This document shows, in pieces, positions 1 to 12,344 of a stretch of 64,000 bases of DNA; positions within the stretch are counted from its first letter, which is position 1; every line of letters begins with the position of its first letter. Source of the DNA: Anthoceros angustus. Its lineage: Eukaryota > Plantae > Anthocerotophyta. The stretch is from assembly GCA_010909165.1 (NCBI GenBank), contig VJWM01000117.1, positions 186,001-250,000 on the forward strand. The letters are read 5' to 3'. The notes beneath the pieces were generated by a model. The model did not search any database. It saw only the letters and a list, made by a program, of their open reading frames with translations, and was not told the DNA's origin. The translations under genes and the position numbers were made by a program.

Positions 1-164
1 ACTGTTGGAACAGACCAGCACATTAGCTTCCAATGAAATTGAACTACGAGAAATTAATACAATGGAACGCATTAAACTCCAAGTTTACACGTGTGACTCT
101 GTAGAAGGTTGTGCTGGTTCCCCGTGACTACGTAGAGCACAGTGGAGGAACGTTGATACTTGTT

Positions 165-322
165 GCAGAGTATTCCGTAGATGACCCTCCGGGAACCTCA
201 TGGAGCTACTTGCTGCCTAGTATCTTCGATGGCATAAGTTACATTACATACGGTACTCTATGCAAAGTATCCTTTAGACGACCCTCCAAAATCTCATGGA
301 GCTACTTGCTACCTAGTATTTC
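165..322. repeat. Two imperfect direct repeats (~62 bp core, ~97 bp spacing) in an LTR-U3-like fragment
   Basis: The motif gcaRagtat...gaccctcc...ctcatggagctacttgct.cctagtat occurs at ~165-227 and ~262-322. A TATA-like ctatataaac lies at ~510-520. Confidence 0.6.
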
Positions 323-960
323 ATACGGCGAACGCTAGACATCTCCACAAAGAACGTTAGATATCTCCACAGAGTTTTAGCAGCACGCGTCTCAAGACAG
401 CCTGGCAACCTTGCCACCTACAACTTTAGATAGCAGACGTTGAATATCTCTACAGAGTTATTGCGACACACGCCCCGAGATAGCTGCGATACCCGACGTC
501 CGATGTGTGCTCTATATAAACAGCGTATGTGATGTCCTACTATGGACAAGGAGAAAAATGCGGACTCCCCCGCTTAGGAAGGTAATAGACCGTTTTTTTT
601 GTTTTTCGTTAGTGTTGGGCGGGAAATAAGGCGGAAAAAGGGGAAATAAGGTTGAATAAGGGGAATGATGATGGACGGCAGGAAGTGATGAGGGCGGGTA
701 GCAGGAAACTCCGGAGTAGGCCACTCCGCAGTAAACGCCGGAGTAGGCCACACCCGACTAAACTCCGGAGTAGGCCACTCCGGACTCAACTCTGGAGTAG
801 AACGCAATAAGTCCGCCGGGAAAAGTAACTTCGGAAAAGGGATGGAGCGCATAGGCAAGGGGGCCACGTGGACGGTGTTGAGAGGAGGACGGGCATGCAG
901 GGGACCAGGACCACAGGGTTGTCAGCGGCCGTTATGGGCAGGTAACCACGACCCAAGGAC

Positions 961-1254
961 ATGTACCAGGGAGGCGGTGGCGTAAGGCTAGAGTACATGA
1001 TGCCGGACTCTGGCAGTTACAAGCCGAAGGACGTGTTCCGTGCTTGCGATTACTCCGACCGAGAAGGTCATTCTCTCGACCGACTTCCCGACAGTTTTCG
1101 CAGTCACTTGCACTCATGCATCCCGCTCTCTGGCGCTCTCTCTTCCGATGCCCAAGCGTACCTCCGAGCCGGAGGCTACTACGACGGGGAGGGAGATAGT
1201 GGTCGTCGCTCCAGCAGCCCAGCAACCTGCTCCGGTCCAAGCCACCGAGCCTCG
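961..1254 (+). pseudogene. N-terminal part of the LTR-resident ORF, cut by the Copia-1 insertion
   Basis: ORF-track fragments 961-1281 and 1040-1300 (LAITPTEKVILSTDFPTVFAVT...SRSLALSL) align by eye with 29880-30000 and 50215-50305. Confidence 0.5.
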
Positions 1255-1437
1255 TGTTGGATTAATAACCACGACGGTTAAATATCCCACTTACTTTTAG
1301 GTTATGCTATTTAGGGTTATTAGGCTACTTTTGTATATAACATTTTTCTGCTCATTATTAAATACACATCGTTTTATTTCCATTGCTCGCATGCCTCGCA
1401 TCGGCCTTTCTTGCTAGATGCATGAGGTATCTCCACA
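1255..1437 (+). repeat. Copia-1 5' LTR (183 bp)
   Basis: tgttggattaataacc...gaggtatctccaca, matching 7218-7398. Confidence 0.95.
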
Positions 1438-1448
1438 TGGTATCGAGC
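1438..1448 (+). promoter_or_regulatory. Primer-binding site, tRNA-iMet type
   Basis: tggtatcgagc directly after the LTR; the canonical TGGTATCAGAGC minus one base. Confidence 0.85.
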
Positions 1449-1479
1449 ACCTTGATGGTGTCTCGAATCCTTTGTATCT

Positions 1480-2298
1480 TGCAATGCCTCGTGGTCGTGG
1501 AGAACGTGTGTTCTCGCGTGGTGAATTTCCTTCAAGGCACCATGGACCACTAATCTCTCCACCACTCCCAAGCGCCTGGATTGCATTTTTCTCGATAATT
1601 ATCGAGAAATAATCCGGCGATGTCGGAAGAGGCGATCGCGAGCAAAGAAGGCTCCATAATTTTAAAGCAGAGCAAAGATTAAATAGACATCAAGAAGTTC
1701 AGCTTGTGGAAGTCACTCCAAACAAGTGACCAAGAATCGACAATTTAAAACACAATCTAAATATCAGCATTTAGACAATAAAAATGCGATCTAATTTGGA
1801 GTTTCTTGATGATGCTATAGAAGGCGAAGATTTTGATTGAAAATCCGCACATGAGGATATCCATTCTCTTGTAGAATCTCATTGTAATCGGATTGAAAAA
1901 TGTGTGGCTCAATTGCGTGCAAGCAGGACATTTTTCTAGAGGCTTTGCATGAGCAAGAGAAGCGCACCAACGTGCACTTAATTGCCCGCAAGTGTTTTCG
2001 TTATTTGCAACGAATTGACAATCAATTTTATTCATTCTTCTTGGGGTTTCTAATTTGCCTTCCCTTGAGAAAATGACAAGCCATCCATTGCGGAGAATCT
2101 AAATCTTCAGGGCATTGTTGCCCACCTATCACGATCCTGTGATTTGTTTCCGCTGCACAAGGAGAGGAGTTGCAATTAGGGATTTGTTGCTGGATTGCTG
2201 TATCTGCTCAATTGCTCCAGCCACAGATTGCAGATATGAAGAGACGGTTAGGGTTACCTGAGTATGTCACCTGCAGGCTTCCCTTCATGTTCTGCTGA
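1480..2298 (+). pseudogene. Degenerate extra ORF between PBS and gag, unknown product
   Basis: Successive stop-poor frames read MRSNLEFLDDAIEGEDFD*KSAHEDIHSLVESHCNRIEKCVAQLRAS / FLEALHEQEKRTNVHLIARKCFRYLQRIDNQFYSFFLGFLICLPL / ENDKPSIAENLNLQGIVAHLSRSCDLFPLHK / EELQLGICCWIAVSAQLLQPQIADMKRRLGLPEYVTCRLPFMFC. Confidence 0.45.
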
Positions 2299-2490
2299 AT
2301 CCCAATTGCTTTCCTCCCTTTAGCCCTAGTTTATATTTATTTTTTAGGGCACGTTTCGTATCTTGATAGTTACACACTAAGATTTGAATGGTTACTATTC
2401 ATTTCTGCATTAGTTACGGCTTCCTTGTTAGTTAGTCTTTGCTTGCTGCCTCCATCTTTTACAGATGTAGCTACCTGCACATGTACAGTC

Positions 2491-4801
2491 ATGTCACCTA
2501 CTTTTACCTCTGATCTCAAGAGCACAGATAGATTTAATGGCACGCGTTTTGATATTTGGAGTGTCAGGATGAAATCCACTTTACTTGCTCGTGGAGTCCG
2601 GGATGTAGTTGATGGGACAAACCCGGATCCGGCACTCCTTCTAATCCTACAACAGCAGGAGCTACCGTTACTCAAAAGCAGAAGATGCATGGGATAACAC
2701 AGCATTCGTAGCCCTCCTAGTCAATGGGCTTGAGTCCGATCTTGTCCACGAATTGAGTTCCTTACCAATGCAAAAGCAATTTGGGATCACTTACAGAACT
2801 TACAAAGTTGAAACAATGATGAGCTTATGCGCATCGGCAATTTTATACCTTGCGCATGAAGGAAGGAGATTCTGTTGCAGCATTCACTAGTCGGTTTAGG
2901 CACTTGCGTGCTCAAATGGCTGCTCTTGGCACAACTATGCAAGAGGTGGATGCGGTAGCACAGCTTGTCACCAGCCTGCCTCCCAGTTACCAGACATTTG
3001 TCACCACACAAAATGGTCCCATTCGAGCTGCCGGCCAGAGTGTCAAGCTCACATATGTTATTGGGGCTCTATATCAAGAGGAAATGAGCCGCCAAATGTC
3101 ATCAAGGGACAACACTGCCGTTCTAAAACTGACAAAGTTTTTTCTGCGACAAGAGGAGGTCGATTCAACATGAGAGGCAGGAGAGGTCAACCACACCGCC
3201 GCAATGCCGCTCAACCTTCCGCATCAAGGAGACAAGGTAACTGCAATTGGTGTGGGACTCCTGGGCACTGGGCCAGAGAGTGCAGAAAGAAAAAGGCCGG
3301 GGAGCCTCAGCGGGCAACACCTCGACCTACAGCTGCATCTGCCACATCACAATCAAAAGAGAAGGTTTCCGAACCTCAGTCAAGCAAACCAGTTGTGAAA
3401 ATATTAACAGTCTGCCTGAGCACTCAAACGAGTGAGGTAGACGGTTGGTACTTGATAGCGGTGCCACCGCTCACATATGTCGTGATGAGCTTCAATTCAC
3501 TAGCTTGACTCTTACCACTATTTACGAGCAGTGTTTTAGGTGATGAATCCAGTTCAGCATGCGCACATACATGGTAAAGGCATCTAAGTTCCCACTTCAT
3601 GATGATACCGTCTTAGTTCTACCGGATGTTCTTTATGTTCCTAAGATGGCTAAAAATTTAATGTCACTTAGTAAGATAATGCATGAAGGACCTCATACTT
3701 ACAGCTCGAAACCACATGTTGCTTTGCTCGTCGTAGCTCACCTTCTCATTTTTCAAAAGTCCTAGATTGATTGTATCGTCTGGATATCTCTTGTATCCGT
3801 GAACAAGCAAATTCCACATTTGTTGGTCCCTTGACAACAACAATACTTTGGCATGCCCGCCTTGGGCATGCAAACCGTTCTAAACTTGTTGACTTATCAA
3901 AGCGGATATTAGAGCCCTTCCTCATTGCTTCAAAGATCGCCCATGCGAAGTTTGTGCTTTGGCAAACAATGGAGACTCCTTTTCCTACAATTCCGCATTT
4001 CGATCCACAGCGGTTGGAGTTAGTACATGCGACATCTGGGAGACTTCAAGAACAATCCCTTGGTGGAGCATTATATTATTTTACTCTCACCGATGACTAT
4101 AGCGGATATACATGGACCTACCCTATGGAGCATAAGAGTGACACCTTTCAGATATTTCAAGACTGGCTGTTGGTTGTTCAAAGGCAATCTGGTCGTATGC
4201 TGAAGATGTTCCGCACCGACAACGGAGGGGAATTTACAAGCTCTGCCTTTGAGCATTTCGAAACACAAGGCATTATTCATCAGCTGATAGTTCCATACAC
4301 GCAGCAGCAGAACGGCGTGGCGGAAAGAAGAAACCAGACTCTGATGGGGATGACGCGCTCCATGCTTTTATGGTCTGGACTGCCCAATCCTTTTTGGGCT
4401 GAGGCGGTTGTCACAACCTACATTTTGAACCGCCTTACCTCTCGTTCTGTTCCTGGTGGCACACCTTTTCAGCTCTTTTGGAATAGAAAGCCAAGTCTTT
4501 TACATCTTCGCATATTTGGTTCTCGCCTTTGCTTATGTGCTGCAGAGAAGAGACGTAAGCTTGACAATCGCCGAGACAACTTGTATTTGTAGGCTACGTT
4601 GAAGTGACTAAGGGCTACAAGCTTCTTGATATGCAAAATATGCAGCCGGTGGTAGCCCGTAGTGTTACCTTTATTGAGCATTTGGTTCCATCATCACCGA
4701 TTCTCCTTATTTTACTGTGCACTTTTGGGGTTACGCCAATTGTATTAAAAATTCGTGAGTATCCAGATGATGTTGACGGTGAGGCGATCTGGTGTCATCT
4801 C
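2491..4801 (+). pseudogene. pol: Copia gag, protease, GAG-pre-integrase and integrase (frameshifted)
   Basis: DRFNGTRFDIWSVRMKS (Copia gag N-terminus), zinc knuckle CNWCGTPGHWAREC, protease W(Y)LDSGATAHIC at ~3445-3480, WHARLGH, and integrase FRTDNGGEF...QNGVAERRNQTL...WAEAV. Confidence 0.92.
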
Positions 4802-6133
4802 CCACCGCTCACATATGTCGTGATGAGCTTCAATTCACTAGCTTGACTCTTACCACTATTTACGAGCAGTGTTTTAGGTGATGAATCCAGGTGCACATAC
4901 ATGGTAAAGGCATCCGTAAGTTCCCACTTCATGATGATACCGCCTTAGTTCTACCGGATGTTCTTTATGTTCCTAAGATGGCTAAAAATTTAATGTCACT
5001 TAGTAAGATAATGCGGATGAAGGACCTCATACTTACCTAAACCACATGTTGCTTTGCTCGTCGTAGCTCACCTTCTCTGTATTTTCAAAGTCAGTCCTAG
5101 ATTCGTAATTGTATCGTCTGGATATCTCTTGTATCCGCCGTGAACAAGCAAATTCCACAAATGTTGGTCCCTTGACACCAAATAAGTCAGATTTTCGCCT
5201 TTGGCATGCAAACCGTTCTAAACTTGTTGACTTATCAAAGCAGGATCACATGAGAGCCCTTCCTCACTGCTTCAAAGATCGCCCATATGCGAAGTTTGTG
5301 CTTTGGCAAACAATGAGACTCCTTTTCCTACAATCGTGATTTCGATCCACGGCAGCTCGAGTTAGTACATGCGACATCGGAGACTTCAAGAACAATCCTT
5401 GGTGGAGCATTATATTATTTTACTCTCACCGATGACTATAGCGTATATACATGGACCTACCCTATGGAGCATAAGAGTGACACCTTTCGGATATTTCAAG
5501 ACCGGCTGTTGGTTGTTCAAAGGCAACTGGTCGTATCAAGATGTTCAAGACCGACAACGGAGGGGAATTTACAAGCTCGCCTTTGAGCATTTCGAAACAC
5601 AAGGCATTATTCATCACCGATAGTTCCATACACGCAGAAGCGGCGTATGGAAAGAAGAAACCAGACTGATGGGGATGACGCGCTCCATGCTTTTATGGTC
5701 CGGATCGCCCAATCCTTTTGGGGTTTAGGTCATCACAAAGAACCTACATTTTGAACCGCCTTACCTCTCGTTTGCTCTCTGGCACACCTTTTCAGCTCTT
5801 TTGGAATAGAAAGCCAAGTCTTTTACATCTTCGCATATTTGGTTCTCGGCCTTTGCTTATGTGCCCGCAGAGAAGAGAAAGCTTGACAATCGCCGAGACA
5901 ACTTGTATTTGTAGGCTACGTGAAGTGACTAAGGGCTACAAGCTTCTTGATATGCAAAATATGCAGCCGGTGGTAGCCCGTAGTGTTACCTTTATTGAGC
6001 ATTTGGTTCCATCATCACCGATTCTCCTTATTTTACGTGCACTTTTGGGGTTCCGCCACCAATTGTATTCGAAAATTCCGTGAGTATCCAGATGATGTTG
6101 ACGGTGAGGCGATCTGGTGTCATCTCCCACCGC
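4802..6133 (+). repeat. Tandem second copy of the protease-to-integrase segment 3464-4801
   Basis: Colinear with 3464-4801 and differing mostly by 1-3 bp indels. CCACCGC lies at 3464, 4802 and 6127. Confidence 0.9.
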
Positions 6134-6499
6134 CTCCAAATTGATACTCCACTAGATGCGAGCCCGATGCAACACGCATGACAATGCTGAAAATTCAGAT
6201 CATGAGCCTCCCACAATCCGATTAACACCGTAGAATCGAACTGAACTGAGTTCTTCCCAAGCTTCGATTCTTCCGTGAAGAAGAGACATTACCAGTTCGG
6301 TGATATTACACATGAACACATGCGTGAGGTCTACACGTGCTCATCGCCCTCCTCGAATGGCTAGAGCCCGTTACACATCTATTGACTTTCGTAAGTCGGT
6401 GGGAGTCTGTATCCCATCATCACAATGCCTCTTTGCCCATCATCCCTCCCGAGCTGTCACTCTCAAAGAAGCATTTTCGGTCTGATAGAGATAAGTGGA

Positions 6500-7200
6500 G
6501 GCATCTTTGTGGATGATGAATTCAAAGATCTTATGAAAAATGGTACGGAAACTTGTTCCTCGTCCTAAGGGCAAACCAATAACACAAATGGGTATTCAAG
6601 CATAAGTTAGATGCTGATGGTAACATAGCACGTTATAAAGCAAGGCTCTGCGCACGTGGATTCACACAAATACCTGGTCTGGATTTCCAGGAGACATTTT
6701 CTCCAGTGGTACGCTCTCAATCAATTCGCCTCTTCCGAACACGAGCGACTCCTTGCACTTGCCATCAGCCCTAGCTAAGTCCGACAGCGCGCGCCTGTGT
6801 GCCGTGGTTGGCCAGATTTTTCTGGTACTGCAGATTTGCAGGAGCCTTGAGATTTTCACGAGATCACACTCTGTGAGTGCCCTTGGCTAGAAAACCCGCT
6901 TTCAAGTTGCACCATGTTTGTGAAGAAATTCAGGTCGCGGCGCCACCAGCGATGTGAAGATCGCAACTTTTGGTAACAGCTGTGTTCGCGCGGAGCCGTG
7001 TTTATGCCGTGTTTATCTGAATCTCGCAATGGCTTTGTTATAAATGGTGTATTTTGGTAGACATAGTGCAAGGAAAAGCGGGAGCGTGGCTTGTATGGGC
7101 TTCATATCGGAACTCTGCAGTTAAGCAGGGTGCCGATCAGTACCCGGATGGGGTGCTGACCAGAACTTATTTTGGTGGACTTTATACTGGTTTTAACCCG
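6500..7200 (+). pseudogene. Copia RT N-terminus joined to a degenerate RNase H remnant (most of RT missing)
   Basis: ITQMGIQ/K...DGNIARYKARL.ARGFTQIPGLDFQETFSPVVR at ~6580-6720. An LARxPAF-like RNase H remnant lies at ~6860-6930. Only ~0.7 kb is present where RT plus RH normally needs roughly 2 kb. Confidence 0.7.
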
Positions 7201-7217
7201 TCGAGGTTAAGTGGGAG

Positions 7218-7398
7218 TGTTGGATTAATAACCACGACGGTTAAATATCCCACTTACTTTTAGGTTATGCTATTTAGGGTTATTAGGCTACTTTTGTATA
7301 TAACATTTTTCTGCTCATTATTAAATACACATCGCTTTATTTCCATTGCTCGCATGCCTCGCATGCATCTTTCGCTAGATGCATGAGGTATCTCCACA
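7218..7398 (+). repeat. Copia-1 3' LTR (181 bp), preceded by a PPT at 7207-7217
   Basis: Matches 1255-1437; ttaagtgggag lies immediately upstream. Confidence 0.95.
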
Positions 7399-9130
7399 CC
7401 TCACGGACCGGGAGGAAGCGAAGAAGCAGCACCACCACCCTTGTCCCAAGGACCGCTCTGGTGCCCCTACCCTTGCCAGTGGCGGAGGCGAAGAAGCGAT
7501 GAAGAGGCGGGCCATGCTGACAAAGTGTGAGGGACAAGCAACCCCATCCCGAGCCAGTCCTGTCACCAACAAGGAGGGGAAAGCGGGCCAGCTCTCGGAC
7601 CCCCTCACCACCTCCGGACCCCAAGCACCGGGCGAAAAAGGAGTTAGTGGTGAAGAGAGCCAAGGAGGTGGAAGCGTCGGCTCATAACAGACCGGACCTG
7701 AGGGTCCTGATCGAGTCCGGAGTTCCTAATCTGGACTCACTCCGAACAATGATATGGCGATCCTTGACGGACCGGGAGATACCCGCACCTTTAGTGGACT
7801 TCTCGGGTGTCTCCCCAACGGTGGGCGTGGAGGAGACACGGCGGATTTTGGCAACCGTCATGGACGGTATGCTCTGGGGACTCTGCGGGACAGCGGAGGC
7901 CACCCGAAGACCCAGGAAGTGGAGGCCACCCGAAGGCGGATGGTGGAGCTCCAAGGGCAGGCAGAGGCAGCCCAGGCTGCCAAGAGGAAAGCAGAGTCCC
8001 TCGCTAGGGTCGAGGAGGAGAAGCGCCGAACGGCCGAGTCGGAGGCAAGGTCCGCCCAACAGGACAAGGCCAGGATACTCCAGTTGTGTGAACAGCTGAA
8101 GCACGCCCAAGAGGCGCAAGCGAGGGCGGACGACCCAGCCAAGGAGGAGGTGGCTGTGGAAGCGGCGGAGGGAGCCGCAGGGGAGAAGGCCAAAGACTTG
8201 GCGGCACTGACAGGAGGCGAGCTGCATGGGAAGCTCGGTGAAGGGCCCGAGGCGGAGGCCTCTGCCAAGATGGATAGGGACCACTACCGTCGGGATAGGA
8301 ATCGGTGGAGGGAAGCGGCAGGAGCGGCCACGGCAAGCCTGAAGGCGGAGCAGGCAGCCGCAGAGCAAGCACGGGTGGTCCGTGAGGAGGAGATGGAGGC
8401 CAATACCAGGGAGCTGGGGGACCTCCGGGTACAGCTGCAAGACTTGGAAGAACGGCACTAGGAGTTGGAGGGCCAGAAGGAGACTCTGGAGCTGCGACTC
8501 CGAGTAGTGGAAGAGAGGAACGGACTTCTCCAAGGGCGAATCGAGGACCACGAGCGAGAAATAGAGCGACTCCAGCTCTGCTGGAAGGGCGGAGGAGAGT
8601 CGGGCTGCAGCAAGGACGTCGCCCGGAGAAGGAGCGGGCGACACCCGTGATTACGGTTGGAGCAAGACATGGCGGCCCTGAAGGAGAAGATGGCAGGGCA
8701 GGAGAGGGCCCTGAAGGAAGAACAAAAGTTGCTGGTCCACCTGCAAAAAGCGGAAGGGGAACTCCGGTCCATGGCCAAATTAGCCGAGCCAGGCGCAGAA
8801 GAACCGGAGGAGCGACTAGCGACAACGCTCCAGAAATGCAGCTGAGCCGCCTTTGTGGCCTCAAGGGACTCGGCCAGGTCTCGGCTAGATGACCTCGCGA
8901 TGGGGATATAACAACAGCACGCCCGGTTGCGGAAAACCGAGGCGAGAATATCGAGTGCCACCCATGTGGAGGAGGCCATCCAGTGCCAGTTGGATCACAG
9001 CTACTATCACGCCGGAGCTCCGGCGGTAGAGGCAGCACACCACGCAGTTCAAATCGAGGGTCCGCCAGAGGAGTCAGAAGGAGTGTGGAGGGACGAGGGC
9101 CGGGGAGATAGCACGGCCACAGGGACCCTG
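7399..9130 (+). pseudogene. C-terminal part of the LTR-resident ORF: low-complexity region, conserved TVMDGMLWGLCG motif, long coiled coil
   Basis: ORFs 7527-8099, 7754-8461, 8465-8650 and 8657-8845 chain by frameshifts. The E/K/A/R-rich heptad-like sequence is homologous to 31250-32450. Confidence 0.65.
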
Positions 9131-9327
9131 AGAGCTCATGGGACGAGCGGTATCCGCGATCAAGGTGAGCTTAAAATGGATAAACCATGTGAAACAATTA
9201 TCCTCTAAATAGGATTAGTTTAGGATAATGCCGTTTAAATGCTGACAATTAATGAACGCTAAACGGTAATTAGTAAACACCAAACGACAACTAGAGGACG
9301 CGAATCAGGGCACGCTTGCAGCTGCCC

Positions 9328-10161
9328 TGTTGAAACCCGTGGGCTCACATCAAGAGTGTGAGCCCAACCAAACGATCATGACTCGAGGCAAGCTCACACT
9401 GGGATCGCCGACGCCACCGCATGGCTTACACGCTAAACCACGGAGATGGAGACGGAGGCAGCTAGTCGCCGGGTCGCCAAGGGAGAGTGCCTACAACTAT
9501 CTTAGAAACTCAAGTGCTTTTGTTGTTCCGGCCAGTTGGGCTCAAGGGTTGCAAGGATTGATTTTCTGTGTCCCATGCGGCTGTGTGCGACTTACCGACT
9601 CCAAGCTGCTCGTGTAGGCAGCCCATCAACAAAGTCGTTCCACGACTCCTAGAAACCCGCATGTGAGCAAGATTTCATGTCACTGAGACGACTAATCATG
9701 AGATCCGACAAGGCCTGGCTAGAGGAGGTGGCTACGCACCCACAAAGCAAGGCACCACCTCCCCGCCCGCCATGAAGAAGGCCATGCAACGCTGACCCAA
9801 CAAGTTTGGGGTTTCCAACCTTCCGGGGCTCATAGCGCCAGCGTTACTGGTCATTGCCGTTGATTCTTATACTAAACTGCCGCCTGACAAGGCAAGTCTA
9901 ATGGTATACTTTGTCCAATTTGGAGCCCTATCCGTGGACCGATTGCGTTTGAAAGTTTCGATAGCTGATTTTTTTGCTGCACTTGCTTTGATTTTCAATC
10001 GGCATCGCGAGTGAGCGAGGTGTCTGCAAGCTTTGCATGTGAGCTGGAGTTTTGCTGTGTTTCTCAACCGAAAGTACATAGGGGATCAGAGAAGCGCCGT
10101 CATGATCAAAGGCTTGTACTTTTATTTTGTCTTTGAGGGAGGCATCTAGGGTTCTCTAACA
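9328..10161 (+). repeat. Probable LTR (834 bp) of another element
   Basis: Termini tgttgaaaccc...gggttctctaaca form an imperfect inverted repeat with TG/CA ends, and a gag-like ORF follows. There is no partner LTR in the window. Confidence 0.45.
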
Positions 10162-10225
10162 GGTGTGCTTGCATGCCACCTCTTGCTGAGAATGGGTCAT
10201 TTGTGTGTGAGTTGCTGCATGGGTT

Positions 10226-10800
10226 ATGCAACCCGAGGAGCCTGAAGGCAGCCCACGGTATCGTCTGCGATCGAGGAACGTCCCCGCTAGGATTACACCA
10301 GAGCGTGGACGAGCGAGGAGGAGGAGAGCTGCACGTCAGCGACGTTTGCCTTGGGAGGAAGAGGTCCAAGAGGACCATCAAGCTAGGCTAAGTGTCAAGA
10401 CAGCTGCCAGCTGAGGTTGAGAGTTGGTTTCGCCAGGATTGGGATGTACCACATTGGGCCCCCACGCCTCTAGGAAGCCAAGGAGCTGGTTTCAATTGTT
10501 CTATAGTCACAACTGCGAGGTTAGGGTCTCAAGGTCGAGCAGACCTCTCGAGATTCAACACGGATCCATGGAGGAGGAGCACCTACATATGTGAGAGATT
10601 CTCCGGGAGACCAGGGACACAGACTTTGCGGGATTTCAAATTGATCAGACGTCTCCAATCAACCGCGCGCACGGATTCGATACACGGAAGTTCACACCTG
10701 AAATTGTCTATCCAGAGAGACACAAAAGGCTCTCTTATACATCCAGCTGCGGATCACCCCAGCTCTCTCTCCTCTCCAGTGTCTAAAAAATATGGCTAAC
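10226..10800 (+). pseudogene. Possible retrotransposon gag N-terminal fragment
   Basis: Located just after the putative LTR; basic N-terminus and an ERFSGRPGTQTLRDFK gag-like motif. Confidence 0.3.
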
Positions 10801-11479
10801 CACCACGAGCGCACCTACCAATTTAGGTGACTACAGCTCCACAGGTCCTTAAAACACCCTATCCCCTAATCCAAGAAAAGGCCCCTGACCTATGATGCCG
10901 CTTTCCTCTAAAATCGCTATGCCGCCTCCGCTGTCTGCCAGCCCTCGCCCAAGGATCGTGGGCACCATGCCAGTGGAAAGAGGAGAGGAGAGGAGAGGAG
11001 GAGGAGGCAAGTGTAGCTCTCACATTGAGATGAGGCTTGGAGGTATTTATGCCTCAGGCTAGGAACTCCACAAGAAGCTCCTAGGAAATATAATAAGAAG
11101 CTTCCTAGTGATTAGCTTTTGCTAAACTAATGATAAACACGATAATTTTTGAAGGGGTTAATAATCTCAAGGGCTCTCCGCAAATAATCTCAAGGGGTTT
11201 TGATGGGCCCTAAAACAGCTTTTGAAGGCATTCGAAAAGCGACTCGAAAAAAGGTGTCACCGGAAAATTACTACTTTCCATCTAGCAATGTTTGTGGCCA
11301 ATGGTGGTCGCAAACTCGAACCTAGGGAAATAATGCAAAGTAGGAACGGTGAGGAAGGCCGTTCTCGCCGCAAGACGATCAGAACTCGCTTTTGGGATGG
11401 AAATGTGGTTTTGTTATGACACCACAAAAGCCAGACGTGGTATTTCCTAACACGTAAACATCAAGAACGGACTTACAAC

Positions 11480-12300
11480 ATTAACTCGGGACCCCGGAAA
11501 ACGAGATTTCGCCACTCATCCCCGTAGTTCAATCCATCGTCATCACTTGGTCCAGCTTCTCCTCCATTGTCATCACTATCTTCGACACTTTCACTCGCAG
11601 TTGTATGAAGCCAACTCGCAGAGCTTATCCCTTATCGCTTTTTGTCCACCGTGACATGATGTTTCCTGCTCAACACAAACCCATAATACAGATGACTGCT
11701 TCATTCACAAATACCTCTGTATGTTTTTAGGTAATGGATCTTATTCCCTTTTTCCCCAAGATTGGACCGGATGGGTTACCACCGCGACTATGTGTTCTCG
11801 CACATATCTCCTTCATACGCATCTATGTGCTCGGTCCGATACTAGTGGATAAGAAAGTGAGGTCGTGGTGCGTTTAGCTTCATCACAATGACCTCCCAAT
11901 CCGTAATGGCTATGCATGTCCGTATTGCACGGCACGCCAAAACATCCCTCTCGGATTTCTATGTCCCCATTCATCCGTGCCATTTCCGCAGCTTGCCTTC
12001 CGCATTTTGATATGCCCCAAATACATATCACTGGGAGGTCCTCAATAATGCCTCATCTAGCAAAGCTTCATCCGCACTTGAAGTGGTCAGTCAGTATGAT
12101 CCACTTACGCACGTGAAAACCACTTCCAAGAAGGTAGCACTAGCCCAATGTTATTCTCCACAACGATAGCAATCTCCTTCCGTCCAACAAAGGCTTCCCA
12201 CCACTTATACTCTTCAACATACCTATGGATGCAAATCTTTTAACCCTTCCCGCAAATGGGCCACACCTTCCATCGGTGATAGGATACCGCTGCCCTTCTT
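11480..12300 (-). pseudogene. Degenerate coding region inside the TIR element, unidentified
   Basis: Protein-like frames YVEEYKWWEAFVGRKEIAIVVENNIGLVLPSWKWFSRA, DEALLDEALLRTSQ*YVFGAYQNAEGKLRKW and KSERDVLACRAIRTCIAITDWEVIVMKLNAPRPHFLIH, with an acidic tail DSDDNGGEAGPSDDDGLNYG. Confidence 0.4.
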
Positions 12301-12344
12301 GTCCCCCTAGCTTCACCCAGATGCACCAGGATGAGCAGGAGGGC

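Larger units (their letters stand above)
1255..7398 (+). mobile_element. Ty1/Copia LTR retrotransposon (Copia-1) with short LTRs, an internal duplication and an RT deletion
   Basis: Near-identical TG...CA LTRs at 1255-1437 and 7218-7398. PBS tggtatcgagc, PPT ttaagtgggag, flanks cctcg/cctca (4/5 TSD). Domain order gag-PR-INT-RT-RH. Confidence 0.95.
533..9300 (+). mobile_element. Long LTR of a sister family of the Athila-like element at 29454, interrupted by Copia-1; right end uncertain
   Basis: Colinear similarity to 29454-32500: aaataaggcggaaaa(a)gg, gaaaagtaac, gccacgtgg...gggcatgca, ggccgttat, ggcgtaaggc, gctctctggcgct, and accgtcatggacggNatgctNtggggNctctg. Confidence 0.7.

Noticed and set aside
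7682-9038. Long minus-strand ORFs (320 and 344 aa)
   Set aside because: Antisense shadows of the purine-rich coiled-coil ORF, with Leu/Pro/Ser-rich composition and no motif.
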